From: Bugula neritina
Lineage: Eukaryota > Animalia > Bryozoa
Direction of reading: 5' to 3'
NCBI GenBank assembly: GCA_964035545.1
Contig: OZ037767.1
Span: forward strand, 9,620,581 to 9,684,580
DNA length: 64,000 bases
The first letter of the stretch is position 1. Every line of letters starts with the position of its first letter. Of the stretch, positions 12,781 through 26,700 are shown in pieces. Below the pieces are notes generated by a model. It did no database searches. It was given only the letters and a program-made list of their open reading frames with translations, and was not told the DNA's origin. A program made the position numbers and the translations under genes.

Positions 12781-13661
12781 CCCGTTTTCCTCTCGGTGTG
12801 GGCCCGCGGAGCTCTGGGGGTCTCCGGGGGGGTTGTGGCTTCTGCTGCCGTTTGAATCGCGGGCCGCTCGGGTGGCGGTGCCCCTGGTTGCCGCTTTCCC
12901 AGCGTCGCATCATAGGTCTGGGGGGTTTTGCTGCCGTCCTCTTACTCTTCCTCGAGTGGTTGTATGTTATTGTCGCCACCAATTGTCCCAGTCTAGTCAT
13001 CAAGCGGCTTATCTCCATCTCTAGTGGGTTTAGTGGTCGCGGCAGCTATGCGGACCGGATGGTCTGGTTCCCTAGAGGTCTGGGGAGTGGCCTCTTCCGT
13101 CTTATAGAGTCGCTCGGCTCCAGCGTAGGCCTTATTCTCCTGGATTGCAGCCTCGATTGTGGTCACTCCCTTGGCTTGTAACTGGTGGTAGAAGTGCAAA
13201 GAGTTGAGAGACTGTACAAAGGCTTCGAATGTGTAATGCCGTCTGTGTGTTTCTGGCAGATCGCTATACGCGGTCCGTGCCAGTCTCTGCACCAGAGTGG
13301 CGTGGTCAGAAAGCGGTGTACATGTCTTGCGGAGTAATCCTCGCAGCTTGGACTTGGCGACGGCAACGGGCATGCCAAAACGGGCCCGTAGTGTAGCAAT
13401 GATCCCGTTTACGCTAGGCTTCCACCCGTACGGCTTGGCTTCTTCCGTCAGTGCCATCCGCAGTTTTGTAAGAGTTACTCTTGGCGGCCATCTTGTAATG
13501 GCTGCAGCTTCACGGAACTCTTGAACGAATTGTTCAATATCCTCGCGGCCTGTGAACACGGGAACCTCTAATGTGTTCCTATATACCTCCTCTCCAGCTC
13601 CGAGAGGGCCTATAATAATGTTCCGCTCACCTCCTTCCATTGAAGTTACTCCCTCGTCCAT
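12781..13661 (-). pseudogene. gag: Element A gag, frameshifted near 13030, degenerate Zn knuckle
   Basis: PVFTGREDIEQFVQEF..WP..LRARFG aligns with element C Gag; homology continues in ORF 12446..13018. Confidence 0.8.
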
Positions 13662-13702
13662 GATGTTCTAATACTTCTCATTGTTCTCGTACAGTAGCTA
13701 GA

Positions 13703-13721
13703 AATCCCACTGCTGCCACCA
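13703..13721 (-). promoter_or_regulatory. Primer-binding site, tRNA-Leu type (TGGTGGCAGCAGTGGGATT)
   Basis: 1 nt from the 5' LTR; complementary to the recalled tRNA-Leu 3' end. Confidence 0.85.
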
Positions 13722-13722
13722 C

Positions 13723-13994
13723 TGTAGTAATTTGTGTAACTACTATGCGTGGGTTCCTAGCTTGTAATTATAGTCTATTTATCTACACCAATAAAGTATT
13801 TAAGTAAGAGTTTCCAAAGTTTATTCACTACTAATTACAAAAAAGATACAGTACGTATACAGACTAGAGATTACATCTTCGCTTAGTTAGCACGCTCTCT
13901 CTACTGCAAAACTACTACTAGCTGAGGGTTATCACGTGACGCACTCGGATAGGCTGAAGGAATACGGGGACGCGCGTATTACGTCCTCACTACA
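13723..13994 (-). repeat. 5' LTR of element A
   Basis: TG..CA termini, adjacent PBS and TSD. Confidence 0.96.
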
Positions 13995-14789
13995 GGTGAA
14001 CTACTTACATAGGCTTCAATACTGCCATCTACAATGCTCTACTGCGTTAATTCTGTGCCGAGTGACTAGCCAAGTGACTAGCCAACTGTAGCCAGCGTTC
14101 ATAGCTAGGGTTTGAGGAGTGTCTTCTTGCTCTCCCTAGTATCAATAAGAACACGCAGCTATATCTTTCAGGTAAAATGATGTATAATTATATGCAAAAG
14201 TAATTAAATGTTTTATTTAATAGTACCTAAATAGTGCTTATAGTTGCTATACTTTATTATCCAAGAATATAAATAAAATTACCTCTGAATAGCAAATGCC
14301 TTACTTCCTACAGCATATATGAGTATAGATGCAATTATAATAAAAAATATCCAGGAAAAAGCATTATATAAAGCTATTGCAATATTAAAAAAGCAAATAA
14401 ATACGTAGCATTATTGGCATGTTTCAATTAGTGGTATAAAATTTTTCTTATATAATATTATAGCAATTGAAATATTATAATTTTAATTAATATTCATCTA
14501 CAGGCAGTTTTGACAAAATTATATAACATAGGAGATTCATAAATTTAATTCTAGATAGCTGTAGTACATTAGGATTATTTTGTAAGAACTAACAAACTGC
14601 CTCTGAAGTGGGAAAGTAATTTAAAAAAACTGATCATGCTCAAGCATAAGTTTTTTGAAATTATTTTTTCAACTTTTATGAATTAAAAAAGAAAAATATT
14701 CCTATAAAATCTCATCATAATGCATGTATGGAGGTTAAAATTATCACATGAGTATACTTGTTGCACATTAATGAATAAGTATAAATAAA

Positions 14790-17700
14790 CTGCTATAGTG
14801 ACTATATAGCTTCTGAAGGTATCAATGAATGCTATAAGTAAATTATTGCATCTTATTGTAGACAGAGTAGTCCAAAATACTTATATAACGGTGTTACTAT
14901 TACAAATCCTTCAGCATTTTTTGGAAAAATGTTTATAATTTTTTAAAAATACAGCCATATATTTTTGTTATATTATTAACAGGGTGTATACCAGATGACC
15001 CTGAGCAAGGATAGGATAAGCTTCAAGAATTCATCTCTACTTACTGAAGGAAGTCTTCTAATTTAAACTGAATCTAATGGTGAAATGCTTTCTATAGTAT
15101 GAGCCTTCAACTCTCACTTCAATCAATTGTATTCAACTCTCTTTGTCTTTAGAGTTAAGAATGAGTACTGATATATTTTTAGAATATGAATGCCAACTAT
15201 ATTTTCTATTATAAATTCATAGCTTCAGTTTAAGGTAAAGTGTTATGAAAACATATAGGTTGCTTGACAATTAAAATGTTGGAATAATTTTCTACTACAG
15301 ATAGTCAATTTGCTCAGAGAGTGGTATTGCAGCTTCGCACATTAATCTGCTTGCAAATAGTTTGAAATTTAATGCTTTTATTTTATTTTATTGGTTTTCA
15401 TCAAAGCAAAATATTTCTCTGTCGATCAAAAGAATAAGTCTACCTTCATAACTGATTTCACATGAAATATTGAAATTGACAAAGGAAAATATTATTATAA
15501 TAATTATATGAAACTATTTTATATTAAACACTGACTTCAACATTGTTGAGTATACATGATGAGTCTGCTTATTATACTTATTATTCAGATGTGTGAAACA
15601 TTTGAAATTGTTTCCTCTTTTGATTTGTTCAAGTCTCAAGACTTTAAGCATTAGCTTTTGTTCTAGAACTAAAACGCTACACTGTAAAAGGTAGCTAACT
15701 GCTAGCTAATTGTGTTATTTAATTATCTGACTAAACTTTAGACTACTATTTATATTAATCAGTTGCTTTGATCTCTAGAATAATCAAAACTTATTTTTAA
15801 ATAGTTCTCAAAATTATTAGTTGTTGTAGAACTGTTTGGTTAATATGAAAGATTATATTTGTTACAAGGAAAGCCAACTTAAGAGACTCAAGGTGTTTAG
15901 TTTTTTTCTAACTGTAATCTCATTTGCTAAATTTTTTTCTAGAACTGGTATAGGATGCATATCCAATAGCATGTAATTAAAAACGCACGCACTGCTATGA
16001 TGTGCCTATTATGTTATAAACATAATATGTTCTGTTTCTTTTAAAAATGTTTGTTGCTTGAGGAAGCATTGAACATTATATATATAGGAAGCGCCATTTC
16101 TTAGGATCATTCAGCTGTCTCATCAGAGTTGCTAGCTTTAAATAAAAAAGTGATGAGGTGGTATTTATTGTTTTACTTGATGTTTTGAGATTTATCTGTT
16201 GTAGACTGGATGATTTGTGGGCATGCACTGTTTTTATACTTGCACAATAGTAGTGTATTTTGTTTCAATTTACTTCACTTCATTAGGCTTGGTTTTTGAA
16301 ATTAACAAGTGCAAATAACATCATTTCTGCTATAATATAGTAGAAATTAGCAAAGTGACCCTATTATGCATGAGCACAGTGTCTAGCTGAGTGAGAATTG
16401 AATAGTATTTGTTATTTTAATTTTTGATCATAGTCTTACTTTTAGTTAATATATACTTTATTTTTTACTACTGCATTGCATGCTGTGAAATTAATTATTT
16501 CCTAATTGTATTAAAATGCTTTAATGTTTTTTAGAAAAATATTGATTGCCATGGAGCATAATTGCAGCTGTAACTTAATTGAGTAAATTATAAGTTATTT
16601 GCAAGAGCTGCTATTGAAATAAATAATCTTATAGTAACTGAAAAGTAAAATAATGCATAAACTAGATGATTTATGTGTGTAAAGAATGTCATGTTGTGTA
16701 AGTAAGTTTAATAATAGATTAGCTTGGCTGTTTCTGTATATCTATCCTTGTGTACAGATATTTACTGTACAACTCCTCAAATGCCTCGTAACATTCACTC
16801 AGACTAGAATCATCTGAATCTATCATCTCTATGGAACAAAAATTACTTGCAAATATTAAATAAAGATCAAAATATAAAGCTGTAAGTTACTGTCATACAC
16901 TTGCACATACACGTGCATGAACACACGACTGCAGACACACACACATCAAAACATACGCAAGACTGGGTTCAAGAAAAGAAATAAGAAATTTTTAATTATA
17001 TTTATATTGACTGACTATATAAACCACTACCAGCTCTCAGCTGTAGTATGTGATGTCTGGTAAAGAAAACTAGCGCCACCGTCACTTTATGCTAAAAATA
17101 CCTGCTACACAACTAAAAGTCTTCATGGCTTTAAAGAGTTGCAGATGTAGCACCATTTCCTAGCTGAGCCTCCAATGCCACACGACGCTGGTGTAGATGG
17201 GCAGTCAACTCTACCAGTTCCTGTACTTCACTCAGGAGACTGGATGTTGAAGGCCTTGTGTGAGTAGATGGAGGAATGATTTGAGTTTCATGTTCTCTGT
17301 TTGGTGGCTTGATAAAGCTTGATTTTCAAAGATTAGTTGAATTTTGTTTAGAAATATTTGTCTGCCTGGTAGGCTTTGTGTTTGATTGACTTTGTTGTAT
17401 GATTAGTTGTTGAACTTGTCTAGCAGAATTGGTTTTTAAAATAGTTTTTCTTTTGAAGCACAATTAAAACCACTTATTGCAGTATCATACCTGCAACAAG
17501 CGAGTTATGTAAGATAGCTGAGTCAATAGCCTCAAACTAAATGCTGTGAAACTATATTATTATTTTCTATAATTTACCCGCATTAGTTTGAAAATTATAA
17601 ATATTTGTAGGAGTATGAATTAACATCTACTTGAGTTTATTGTTTAAGTTTTATTGTCTTTTGCACCATAATACTATTTCATGCATTTCAATTTTTCTGT

Positions 17701-18600
17701 ATTTTAGTCTTTCTGCATGTAATTTTATTGTCACTCATATAATCATGTTCAGCCAAATACTTCTTGCAACCTCAAACGTATTATATTGTGTTTTTGTGAT
17801 TGTTTTTGTACATAAACTTTGATCAAAAATAAATTTGCTCATATAATTGTACAATTGATTGAGGACTAAAATCAAAGCTGTGTTCTAGAGCTACCTTAAC
17901 TTTACACTGCTTTGTTTAATCTTGTTAGCCAGATTATAATTCTATTGGTTTTATTTTTTAACAATTTTGCGTCCAAAAACGATTTCAAAAATATCAATTA
18001 ACTAAAATGGTATAACAAAAGTATCGCTATCTGAATTATACATCTGCAATAGTAGTTATATTACTAAGCTTAGCTTTAGCTCATGCAGTAAGACAATCTG
18101 CAAATAGTAGTTTATCATTTTATTTGTTGTTTCAGTAGCTTTAAATAAAGTAACTAATTGTATTTCAAGTTAAGCTACCACACAAGTTTTATAGATAAAA
18201 TCATTTAAATACTCTCTTATAGATAAATCAACAAAAACTGTGGAAGGAAAAATTAAATATGTTTATATAGCAAAACTGAGCCGATTAAGTTGACAAAGCA
18301 AATACAGTTGCATATTGAAAAATAATCAGAGCTAAAATATATAGAATATATGAAGAGGATTTAAAAATTGCTTTGACTGATAAAAAGATATTTGGCATCA
18401 ATTTGTAACAACACTAAACTCTGTAAATAATCAGTTGCTGCAAGCTCAGCTTATCACTAAAGGCTTTGTCATTGTTAGATCTATATCCAATACTTCATGA
18501 AATCCATCATCAAAAAAAGTTGGAATAAAATAGCAACAACTTTTTTATTTTGCTATGTGATCGCTCTGTCATCCCCAGTAACTGCAAGCCTGAAAAAAAT
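14790..18600. repeat. Left arm of an inverted segmental duplication (partner ~53200-58052)
   Basis: Collinear reverse-complement matches: 14960-15170/57660-57885, 17490-17545/53810-53865, 18560-18598/53200-53240. Confidence 0.85.
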
Positions 18601-21600
18601 TAAAGTTTAAAAGCCAGGGTTTATTTTTAAGTTTATAACACAATAAACACTATGACCTTAACTTAGTTGATCAAGTTATGATTGAAAATATATTATATTA
18701 ATAAGCTGTAAATAAATAAATGGAATACATAGAATACAACAAAAATGCGCTTTTGAAAAGTTTTAGTTTGTATTACCATGCATAGAACTTCTTTTATTAG
18801 AAATGCAAATAAAAACTATAATATAACTGTTATCTCATTAAATTTTGTAGCCGATTATTTTATGAGAACCCCTCCACTCCTATAGATGTACGCAGACTAA
18901 TCATGTTTTCTATTGTGGCAAATAAACAATTATGACTGAATGCCTTGCCTAACCTAACATCAACAATTGCCTTTTAGTAGAAAGCAAACCCTTTGACATT
19001 GAGTTTACTAAGCCAATGCTCTAATCCTTAGACCACAGCTGCTCACTATAATATAGCTGTTATATAAAATACTACCATGCAAATTTTATATAAATGAGTA
19101 AAAAATATAAAACTTTCATTGGTTACAAAATAATTAGTTTAAGCTGTTTATACTTTAAATTATTTTGAAACATTATACTTGTCATCTATTAGAAGCCATA
19201 ATTTCCACTAAATGAAGCAACTTACTTACAGATCATAACAAGTACAGAAATACAACTATTCACCCTATGAAACTGCCTCAACTTTTTAAATATATGCAAC
19301 ACATTGTATCTATATTATAACTGCTACAACCAATTTCTTAAGCATACCGAAGGATAGTCCAATAGATGGATGACCCTTGTAGAGAAGATAACCTATACTT
19401 TGAAGTAAATAGAGGATCATTCAATCTTGTAGACTTTCGTTTTGTTAGTCTTCTTTTCACTACTCTTCTTCCTACTGTAACATCAGATTTGTTGAGTTTA
19501 TTTATAAAAAAGTTATCATTTTACTTGAAAAAGTCAAGGCTCTGTAGAAAAAATTTAATGAAAAATATTATAGCAAGTCCAATAACTTCTTTATGTTTTA
19601 TTTGATTTATGTATGACTAAATATATATGATACTAAATGATTTTAATCAGTTTTATCTAGCAATAAATTCATGATTTGAGTCTTATCAACCTTCAAGTCA
19701 CAGATTCCAATATAAAGCAATTAAAATTCTTAGTTGATAAGCCAGTTTTTCTATAATCAATTTAGTAGCTTATTACCATAAAATCTAAACCATAGTGCAA
19801 CCTTAAAACTTGTACTTAAACATTTTCTCTTACAACACTCATGCAAACAGATATTAACTGTATCAGAGTTTCTATTTTTTTGTAAATTTAAAGTAAAGAC
19901 ATGGGCACAATTTTTGTCAAATTCTTTTTAAGCAAATAAGTAAAAAAGAAAAACTTGTTGGCTCTATATATAACAGTTATATTTTTATTAAAAAAACATT
20001 AATATATTACATAAGGAGATAATAAATAAATGAAAGAAATGTTATTACATCTTACATTGCAATCTTCGTCTATACATGAGCCAGACTGCAGCCTCTTTAA
20101 TAGAGAGTATGTTGAAAATAGGCTCATCGGTTATCTGTCTATCTGCTGCATGGAATAACTTATGAAATAAAATATTTTCTTCATTCTGTTTATCTTCAAT
20201 TTCTGTAGAAATATCAAAGACAAGCAGTAATAGACAGATTATTCATGGCAGAGCATTGACAATAAGTTGAAAATTCCTGCTTTGTTTTTTTCTGATCATG
20301 TTCTTTATAAAACAATTGACAAATTTGTGCTATTGTTTTGAAAATCTTCTCACCTTTATTTGTTGTGTTGGTTAGAATTCTTCGGCCAAACCAAACAACC
20401 AGGAACAAGGCAGCTAGAGTGATGGTAACTCCAGTAAAGATTACAGCAGATCTAGATGATAGTGCTATGCCATCGTTATATCCTGTTAATTTTATTAATC
20501 TTTGAGTTAACAATAAATGGGCTAAATAAAATAAAAAGTAGACTAATAAATAATGAAGCGAAAAGTTTCATAAAAATTTAAACATGTTCAAAAAAATGGG
20601 TATTGCAATTTGCATCGCCAAATGTTTTTTTTATAGAGATTTATCAACTTTTCATTAGCTTATTTTGTGTGTGGATAGCAACTTTTGTTGAGTAAACGTT
20701 TGTGGAAAACGAATGAATAGATCTTACTAGTCACAATGATTTCTAGAGATGAGTTAAAGGGACATCTCTGACTTATACCATCACCTATTTTCATCTCGTG
20801 TATATACCTATTCGAGTCGTAGAGGTCGAGATTGAGGGAGAGGGACAAAGAGCCACTTCCATTATTAAATCTGACTGAAACTTCGTAACTATAACAAATC
20901 AAACAATTATAATATATAGTTTAAGTCATTTATGTGTAATATATCAGATAGAATTATAGCTTAGGTTGGAAATGAGCTGAGATACCAGAACCTACAGCTT
21001 CCCAATATCTCTAAATTTCCCAGAACACTCATCTGTTAGCATCACCAATTGGGAAGACCTTATATTGTTCAGATTGTATTTGCACGTCAGCTTTGGCTCA
21101 AAATCTGCAAAAAATATTTTCATACAAAAGAAGTATTTTATAGGATTAGCTGTATAAATGAGTGTTTCACAGTTGATTAAATTAAAAAGTTTCTGTGTTT
21201 ATAATAGTATTTGTTGTGCTTAATTTTTGTAGTGTTCAAGTTTTGCTGTTATTGATATTTTCATAACAAATGGCATGGGCCTATAGTTGTAATAGCTATG
21301 TGATAGTCGAAAATAAATCATTTTTATCTTGCTTGCTACGTGTCCTGTTGTATGGCTGACAGTAAAATAATGCATAGCTATATTTTTTACTGTTTATAAC
21401 TTTTATATCATATCTGCTTAACATTTTCTTCCTAAAACTATATAAATAGTTGATAGAATAAAACTAACCAACCAATTTTGTCCATTTCCATCTCTGCTTA
21501 ATTTCTGTTACTGAAAACTTGTATTCCAACCAATGGTTGAGTGACTCAGAGAAAATCGAATCAATTAGACTAAATTGGATTGAACCAAGATTGACCTCTT

Positions 21601-23663
21601 CACCTCTCACAACTTTTATCTGATTGGATAAGCTTTCGCAATCAACCTCCCATATCTCTCTGCTATACACTTTATATATGCCTATAATTTCAATATCATT
21701 AAAATTAAAATTTAACATAAGGATGAAAAACAGTTATTAAAATAAATTAAAACTCAAATAAAGCAGTAAAACTATCAGTGTATAAATTAGGTAATTTACT
21801 CAGAAAAATGAAATGTAAAGATATTTTTCCGTGACTTGATTCATTTAAAACTCCTGTTGAACTGCAAATTGTGCATTTATATTAAGCATAATGAGCAACA
21901 GTTTACAGACATAACAATACAACACATCTATATATGGCTGTATTTTTATAGTATATGTTATTTATACTACAATACATATAGTATGTTATACATTACAGTA
22001 TATCATTCTGTCTGTTATAGTACACTGTAATACATCATATTGCATTATATTGTTATGCAACAGGCATCGAATACATATTATTTTATTTTTAGGTTACAGA
22101 GTTTAAACCATATGCTATCACTAGTACATTATATTTGACAAAGTCAAATGTATTCAATAATGCTCTTTCTTCCTATAGGAAATTGCAATAATTGGAAAAA
22201 TATTTTCATTATTTTAATCTTTAAAAAACTTTTTTTATATTATATTAAAATTCTTACTAAATATTAGAGCATAGTATAACCAGCGCACCTCCAGCTTGAG
22301 CCAAGGTGAAGCAGTAGTGACAGCTAAATAATATTATACTTTATAGGTATAGCAAAAAAAAAACAAAACTCCGTAAATTCAGCAAACTACTTTCAGTTAA
22401 AGCTTGCATCAGCTAAATTATGTATTACGACTGGGCAGCTGTGTTGATTGGAAAGTGTTGATAATCAGAGCTATGTTTAACAATCGAAATATGACTGAAA
22501 AGTTGAATTGAGGCAACTCATTGTATATTCTGAAACATAAACATCTTTTCTAAAAGGTATTAAGCGTTTCAAGTTATAAAACAGATTAACGGTTTAATTG
22601 AAAAGCTTTTGTTCATTAGAACAAGTACTAGCTACAACCATGCAGATTATTTGTAACTTAAAGTATACATAAATCCCGCAGCAACTGTATAATTGCACAA
22701 GTTTCAACAGAATGCTTTTATATTCAAAATTTTATGCCAGACATCAATATTGTCATTTTACTTTACAATAAATATGTAAATATAAGAAACCTTGCTCAAT
22801 GCATGTTACTTCTTTGTTCAATATTTATGCACTCACTGCCAGCTCATATATAATCTTCAAAAAGAAAATATGAAACAATTTTAATATTGTACTATAATAT
22901 TAAAAACATATGAACTCACTGACACATATGTGCGTTGATAGTACTTGCAACTTGAATATTTTGACCAGTTTAGAGAGTTCTTATAATAAAACTTATCACT
23001 GCAATTTATATGTTTAAAAATCTGTGTACTCTGAGCAATACTAAAACTTTAGAAGCACTACAATGAACATACCTATGCACTTGCTTATGTTGGGAATTTA
23101 CTGAAACGTTATTTAGAAATCAATTTGAAAAGATGATTATTTCGATTAAGGAGCCAGTTAAAACTTTAAGTTGGGGGGTGTTGGGACATTCTAAGAGCAT
23201 GGAAAGCTTTTGGTGCATTATTAAAACTTTAATAGCTATGTTAGCTATTTGATGCTTTTTCTATATTCAGCTTGGCACAGCTTATCTAAAGCTATTTTTG
23301 GCTGCCACAAAAAAGCTATTTTGGCTAGGTACCACAAAAAAAATCTAATAATAAACTATTATATAAATACAGCACTTAATGTCATTTTTCTTTTTGATTA
23401 GTCTTTGGTGGTCAGTAGGCCTACATATTTCTATTAAAACACAACAATAAAACACTTATTTTGAAATAACATTTAGAAAAGCCATGGCGTACTAATATTG
23501 AAATTATACATAATTGAATGCCTGTGTCAGCCTGTCATGTAAAATCAATAGGCTTATTAGGGTATTGCATTCTCCATACACACTCAATACTATTGGGATA
23601 AGCCATATAAACTATTCACATTTAACCAACTTATGCATACCTGAGTGGTAGTTCTTGATTCAT
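18550..23663 (-). CDS. Multi-exon type I membrane protein with a divergent Ig-V-like ectodomain; 3' exons contain stops (truncated or pseudogenising)
   Basis: Phase-compatible exons 23663-23641, 22998-22920, 22854-22837, 22323-22289, 21662-21469, 21104-20996, 20888-20728, 20482-20354 (TM AVIFTGVTITLAALFLVVWFG-RR), 20202-20056 give ~298 open codons. Further phase-compatible exons 19871-19834, 19541-19348, 18589- have stops. The first three exons are less certain. Confidence 0.6.
18925..19045 (-). mobile_element. Degenerate tRNA-derived SINE fragment
   Basis: Minus strand GCAGCTGTGGTCTAAGGATTAGAGCATTGGCTTAGTAAAC is a tRNA-like head; related copy near 63700-63820. Confidence 0.5.
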
Positions 23664-23750
23664 CAGAGACGAGTTTGCACAAGAATCTGCTCTGTAAAGT
23701 GAGTTTTGATTTGGTTAACTATAAAACAAGCAGAACCTGAAATATTATCT

Positions 23751-26700
23751 ATGGAAAGAGGAAAAGATTTACTGCACAATTTTCTTCTTTCCTATTTGTT
23801 AGTAAGTATATATTAACACCATTATCTACATAATTCATAAAGTAACACTGTGCTTTCCAATCTAACATTAAATAAATTTTACCTAATTGTTACTCAAACT
23901 TATAAAATTTTAATAACACTGTAAGCAGTTGAAATTTTGTTATCATAAGAATATAGTATGAATATTTCTTTTTTTAAAGTAGTAAGCATAACAAAATTCA
24001 TAAGTATAGCCACAATTCTCAAATGTTGTAACAGTAAAGTAAAGCAAAACCCATACCCCCCCTCTTTTTAATTGAAAGTAAGCATAATAAAATTCATAAG
24101 TATAGCCACAATTCTCAAATGTTGTAACATTAAAGTAAAGCAAAACCCATACCCCCCCCCCCCTCTTGCATATAACAATAATTTTGATTCAAGTAGTTTT
24201 CATTAAACCTTATAAGATTTTAATAATGTACTCAGACAAATATTGCTGCAATAAGTTTATAGTAATCTGCAGTAACTGGTGTCATTTCAGTTAGACAACC
24301 CCCAATATTTCAGGGGCTATTAGTTGAAATGCTGCAGATAGACGACCCCAAATACTGCTCTCAAATATATACGATATTTAAATTATATATTTGACTACTT
24401 TAAACTTTGAAATTCTTACTTTCAACATTAAATGCTACTTAAAATAACCATATATTTCAGTATAGTTATATTAGCTGAGAAACCTATTGAAATGCTATCT
24501 AATATGTGCAATATTTTATCAATAAGATAATATTTAAACATATTTGATTACTTTAAACTCTGAAATATAACTTAGTATTAAATATCATTAACCTTTTATA
24601 ATTCCTGCTGTTCTATAAATAAAGTCGTCTAAATGGAAATCGGACAATTGGAGGTAGTCTAGGTGGAACATAATTGATGGTCGTCTATCTGGGGGTCATT
24701 TATCTAGAATTAAACCCCATAACTAAGACTCAATGAACTTATTATTTTCCAGATTACAGTAAAGAGTCAGTTTGTGTTACAACCAGCTAGTCAGTTAACT
24801 AATGCAAAGTACTTTGGTGTCACGAGATCAGCATCTGAATGTGCTGTCATGTGCATACAGCAAGATGACTCATGTATGTCAATATCATACGACAGCAGAA
24901 GCAGTGAGTGCAGCTTCTCCAACAGCACAGCTGAGTTGGTGGAGAATCAACCAGAGGGTACAAGTCTTCTAGTATACAGCAGTGAGTTGAGATTATATAA
25001 TATTATATAATATATAAGTTATATTATATAAGTCTGTAACTCTATTTTGACCACATACACATCTATAAAATATTAAAAATATTTGTAAGTAAGCTAGCTG
25101 ACTGTCCATAGTTTTAGTAACGGTTATTTGAGCTGTGGCATCAAAAAATTATTTACTTTATGAAATACTAGTGTCTCCATAATCAATCATAAACTTTACT
25201 AGCTTTCAGACCTTCTATAGACTAATGCCTTTAAACTCCCTGAAGTCTTATCTCTTTTATACAAAGAATGCTTAAAAACCTCAAAATGCCTTTCTATTAT
25301 CTTAAAATATGCTAATTTGAATATTTTTTAAAGCATTACTTTGAATTTTTCTTTGAAGTAATAAAACTATAGTAAATACAGTCTTGTAAAATATGCATAC
25401 AAACACAGGCATGTAAAGATACTTTAAATAGTTTAAAACTATGAAGCAGGATGATGTTGATTTCTCTAAATATTTATTATTTTTTGAATATGTAAAATAT
25501 ATGACTTTATACTACTTTTATTTAGTTGAGGAACTTTAACTTTCTTTATTTGATCATCAAAAATTAACTAAAGAGGACACATTTTTCAAAGCCTTTATGT
25601 AAAAAAATAGAGCAGCTTCAAAGCAACTTAAGATCTTATTTTCAAATATTTACTGTTCTAAGTTGTGTGAAGAAGAAACCTATAATACTCTGACAATCTT
25701 GTAGGAATATTACCTCCTTCATGCTTAGATGGTTGGTTTGAAATTCCTACTAAAGACACTTGTATGTTGATAAGATCTGAAGAGATGGTTTCGTGGAATG
25801 ACGCAAAACTAGATTGTGAATCCATGCAAGCTGAGTTGGTTATACTTGACAGTGACAGCCTGATGAGCTGGTTCTTTGAGTTGAGAAATAATCTTACAGG
25901 TATATATATATATATATATATATACATTATATACATTATATATATATGTGTGTGTGTTCAAACTCAATGCTCAAAACTTCATGCTACATAAAAACAAGTT
26001 GCTTTTCTATCAGTCGTGTGTAATCTAAAGTTTTTATTGACAAGTTTTCTGCAGATGAAAACTTTGGATATTGCAAAGTTAAACTATTTATTCAAAATAA
26101 ATTGCTTGTCACTCATTAAAGTGACTTAAAGATTTATGCAATATTCATTGCAACAAAAAGTATATTGAAATTTCCTTGAAAGTTAAATAGTTTTATTTGG
26201 CCTTTAACAAAGATTCTTTTACTGTGCCATGAGTTAATATAAGTGATGTGAGATTTACAGCTGAAAGTCGAGCATAATGTTTAAATTAAAAACTATACTT
26301 ATTCAAATGTCACCTGCATGAATTTATTGCTAATCAATAAATTGAAATAATTAGGTAAAATTATATGTATAATTATTTAACCTATAGGAAGTATTTGTGT
26401 TACAAATGTTATAGCCTCGATATTGATCTGAATCTGTGATATTATATATGAGCTCAGGTCAATATCCAGGCTATGACATTTGTAACGCAAATAATTTCTG
26501 AACAATCTCCTCATAATATTGAAATGCTTTGTTAAATAAAGAAATATATGGTTGAGCTCTACTTCTAGATTCATTGATTAGGGAAATATTAAATGGAAAA
26601 GCTCTCTACTTGGATTAGTTTGTCTGCATGATATATATAACTTCTTTATAACTTCTTACACTCAAAGGCAACAAGCATAGATTTTACTGATATTGTTGCC

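Larger units (their letters stand above)
6426..13994 (-). mobile_element. Full-length Ty3/Gypsy LTR retrotransposon (element A), defective, with ORF3
   Basis: 272-bp TG..CA LTRs at 6426-6697 and 13723-13994; 4-bp TSD GGTG (6422-6425/13995-13998); PBS; PPT GGGGGGGGGGCGG; gag-PR-RT-RNaseH-IN order. Confidence 0.97.

Noticed and set aside
8210-13524. Many plus-strand ORFs inside element A (likewise in element C)
   Set aside because: GC-rich antisense shadows of gag/pol with no independent domain signal
18550-19871. Stop-codon reassignment as an explanation for in-frame TAA/TAG
   Set aside because: Neighbouring genes terminate normally at TAA, TAG and TGA; decay is simpler
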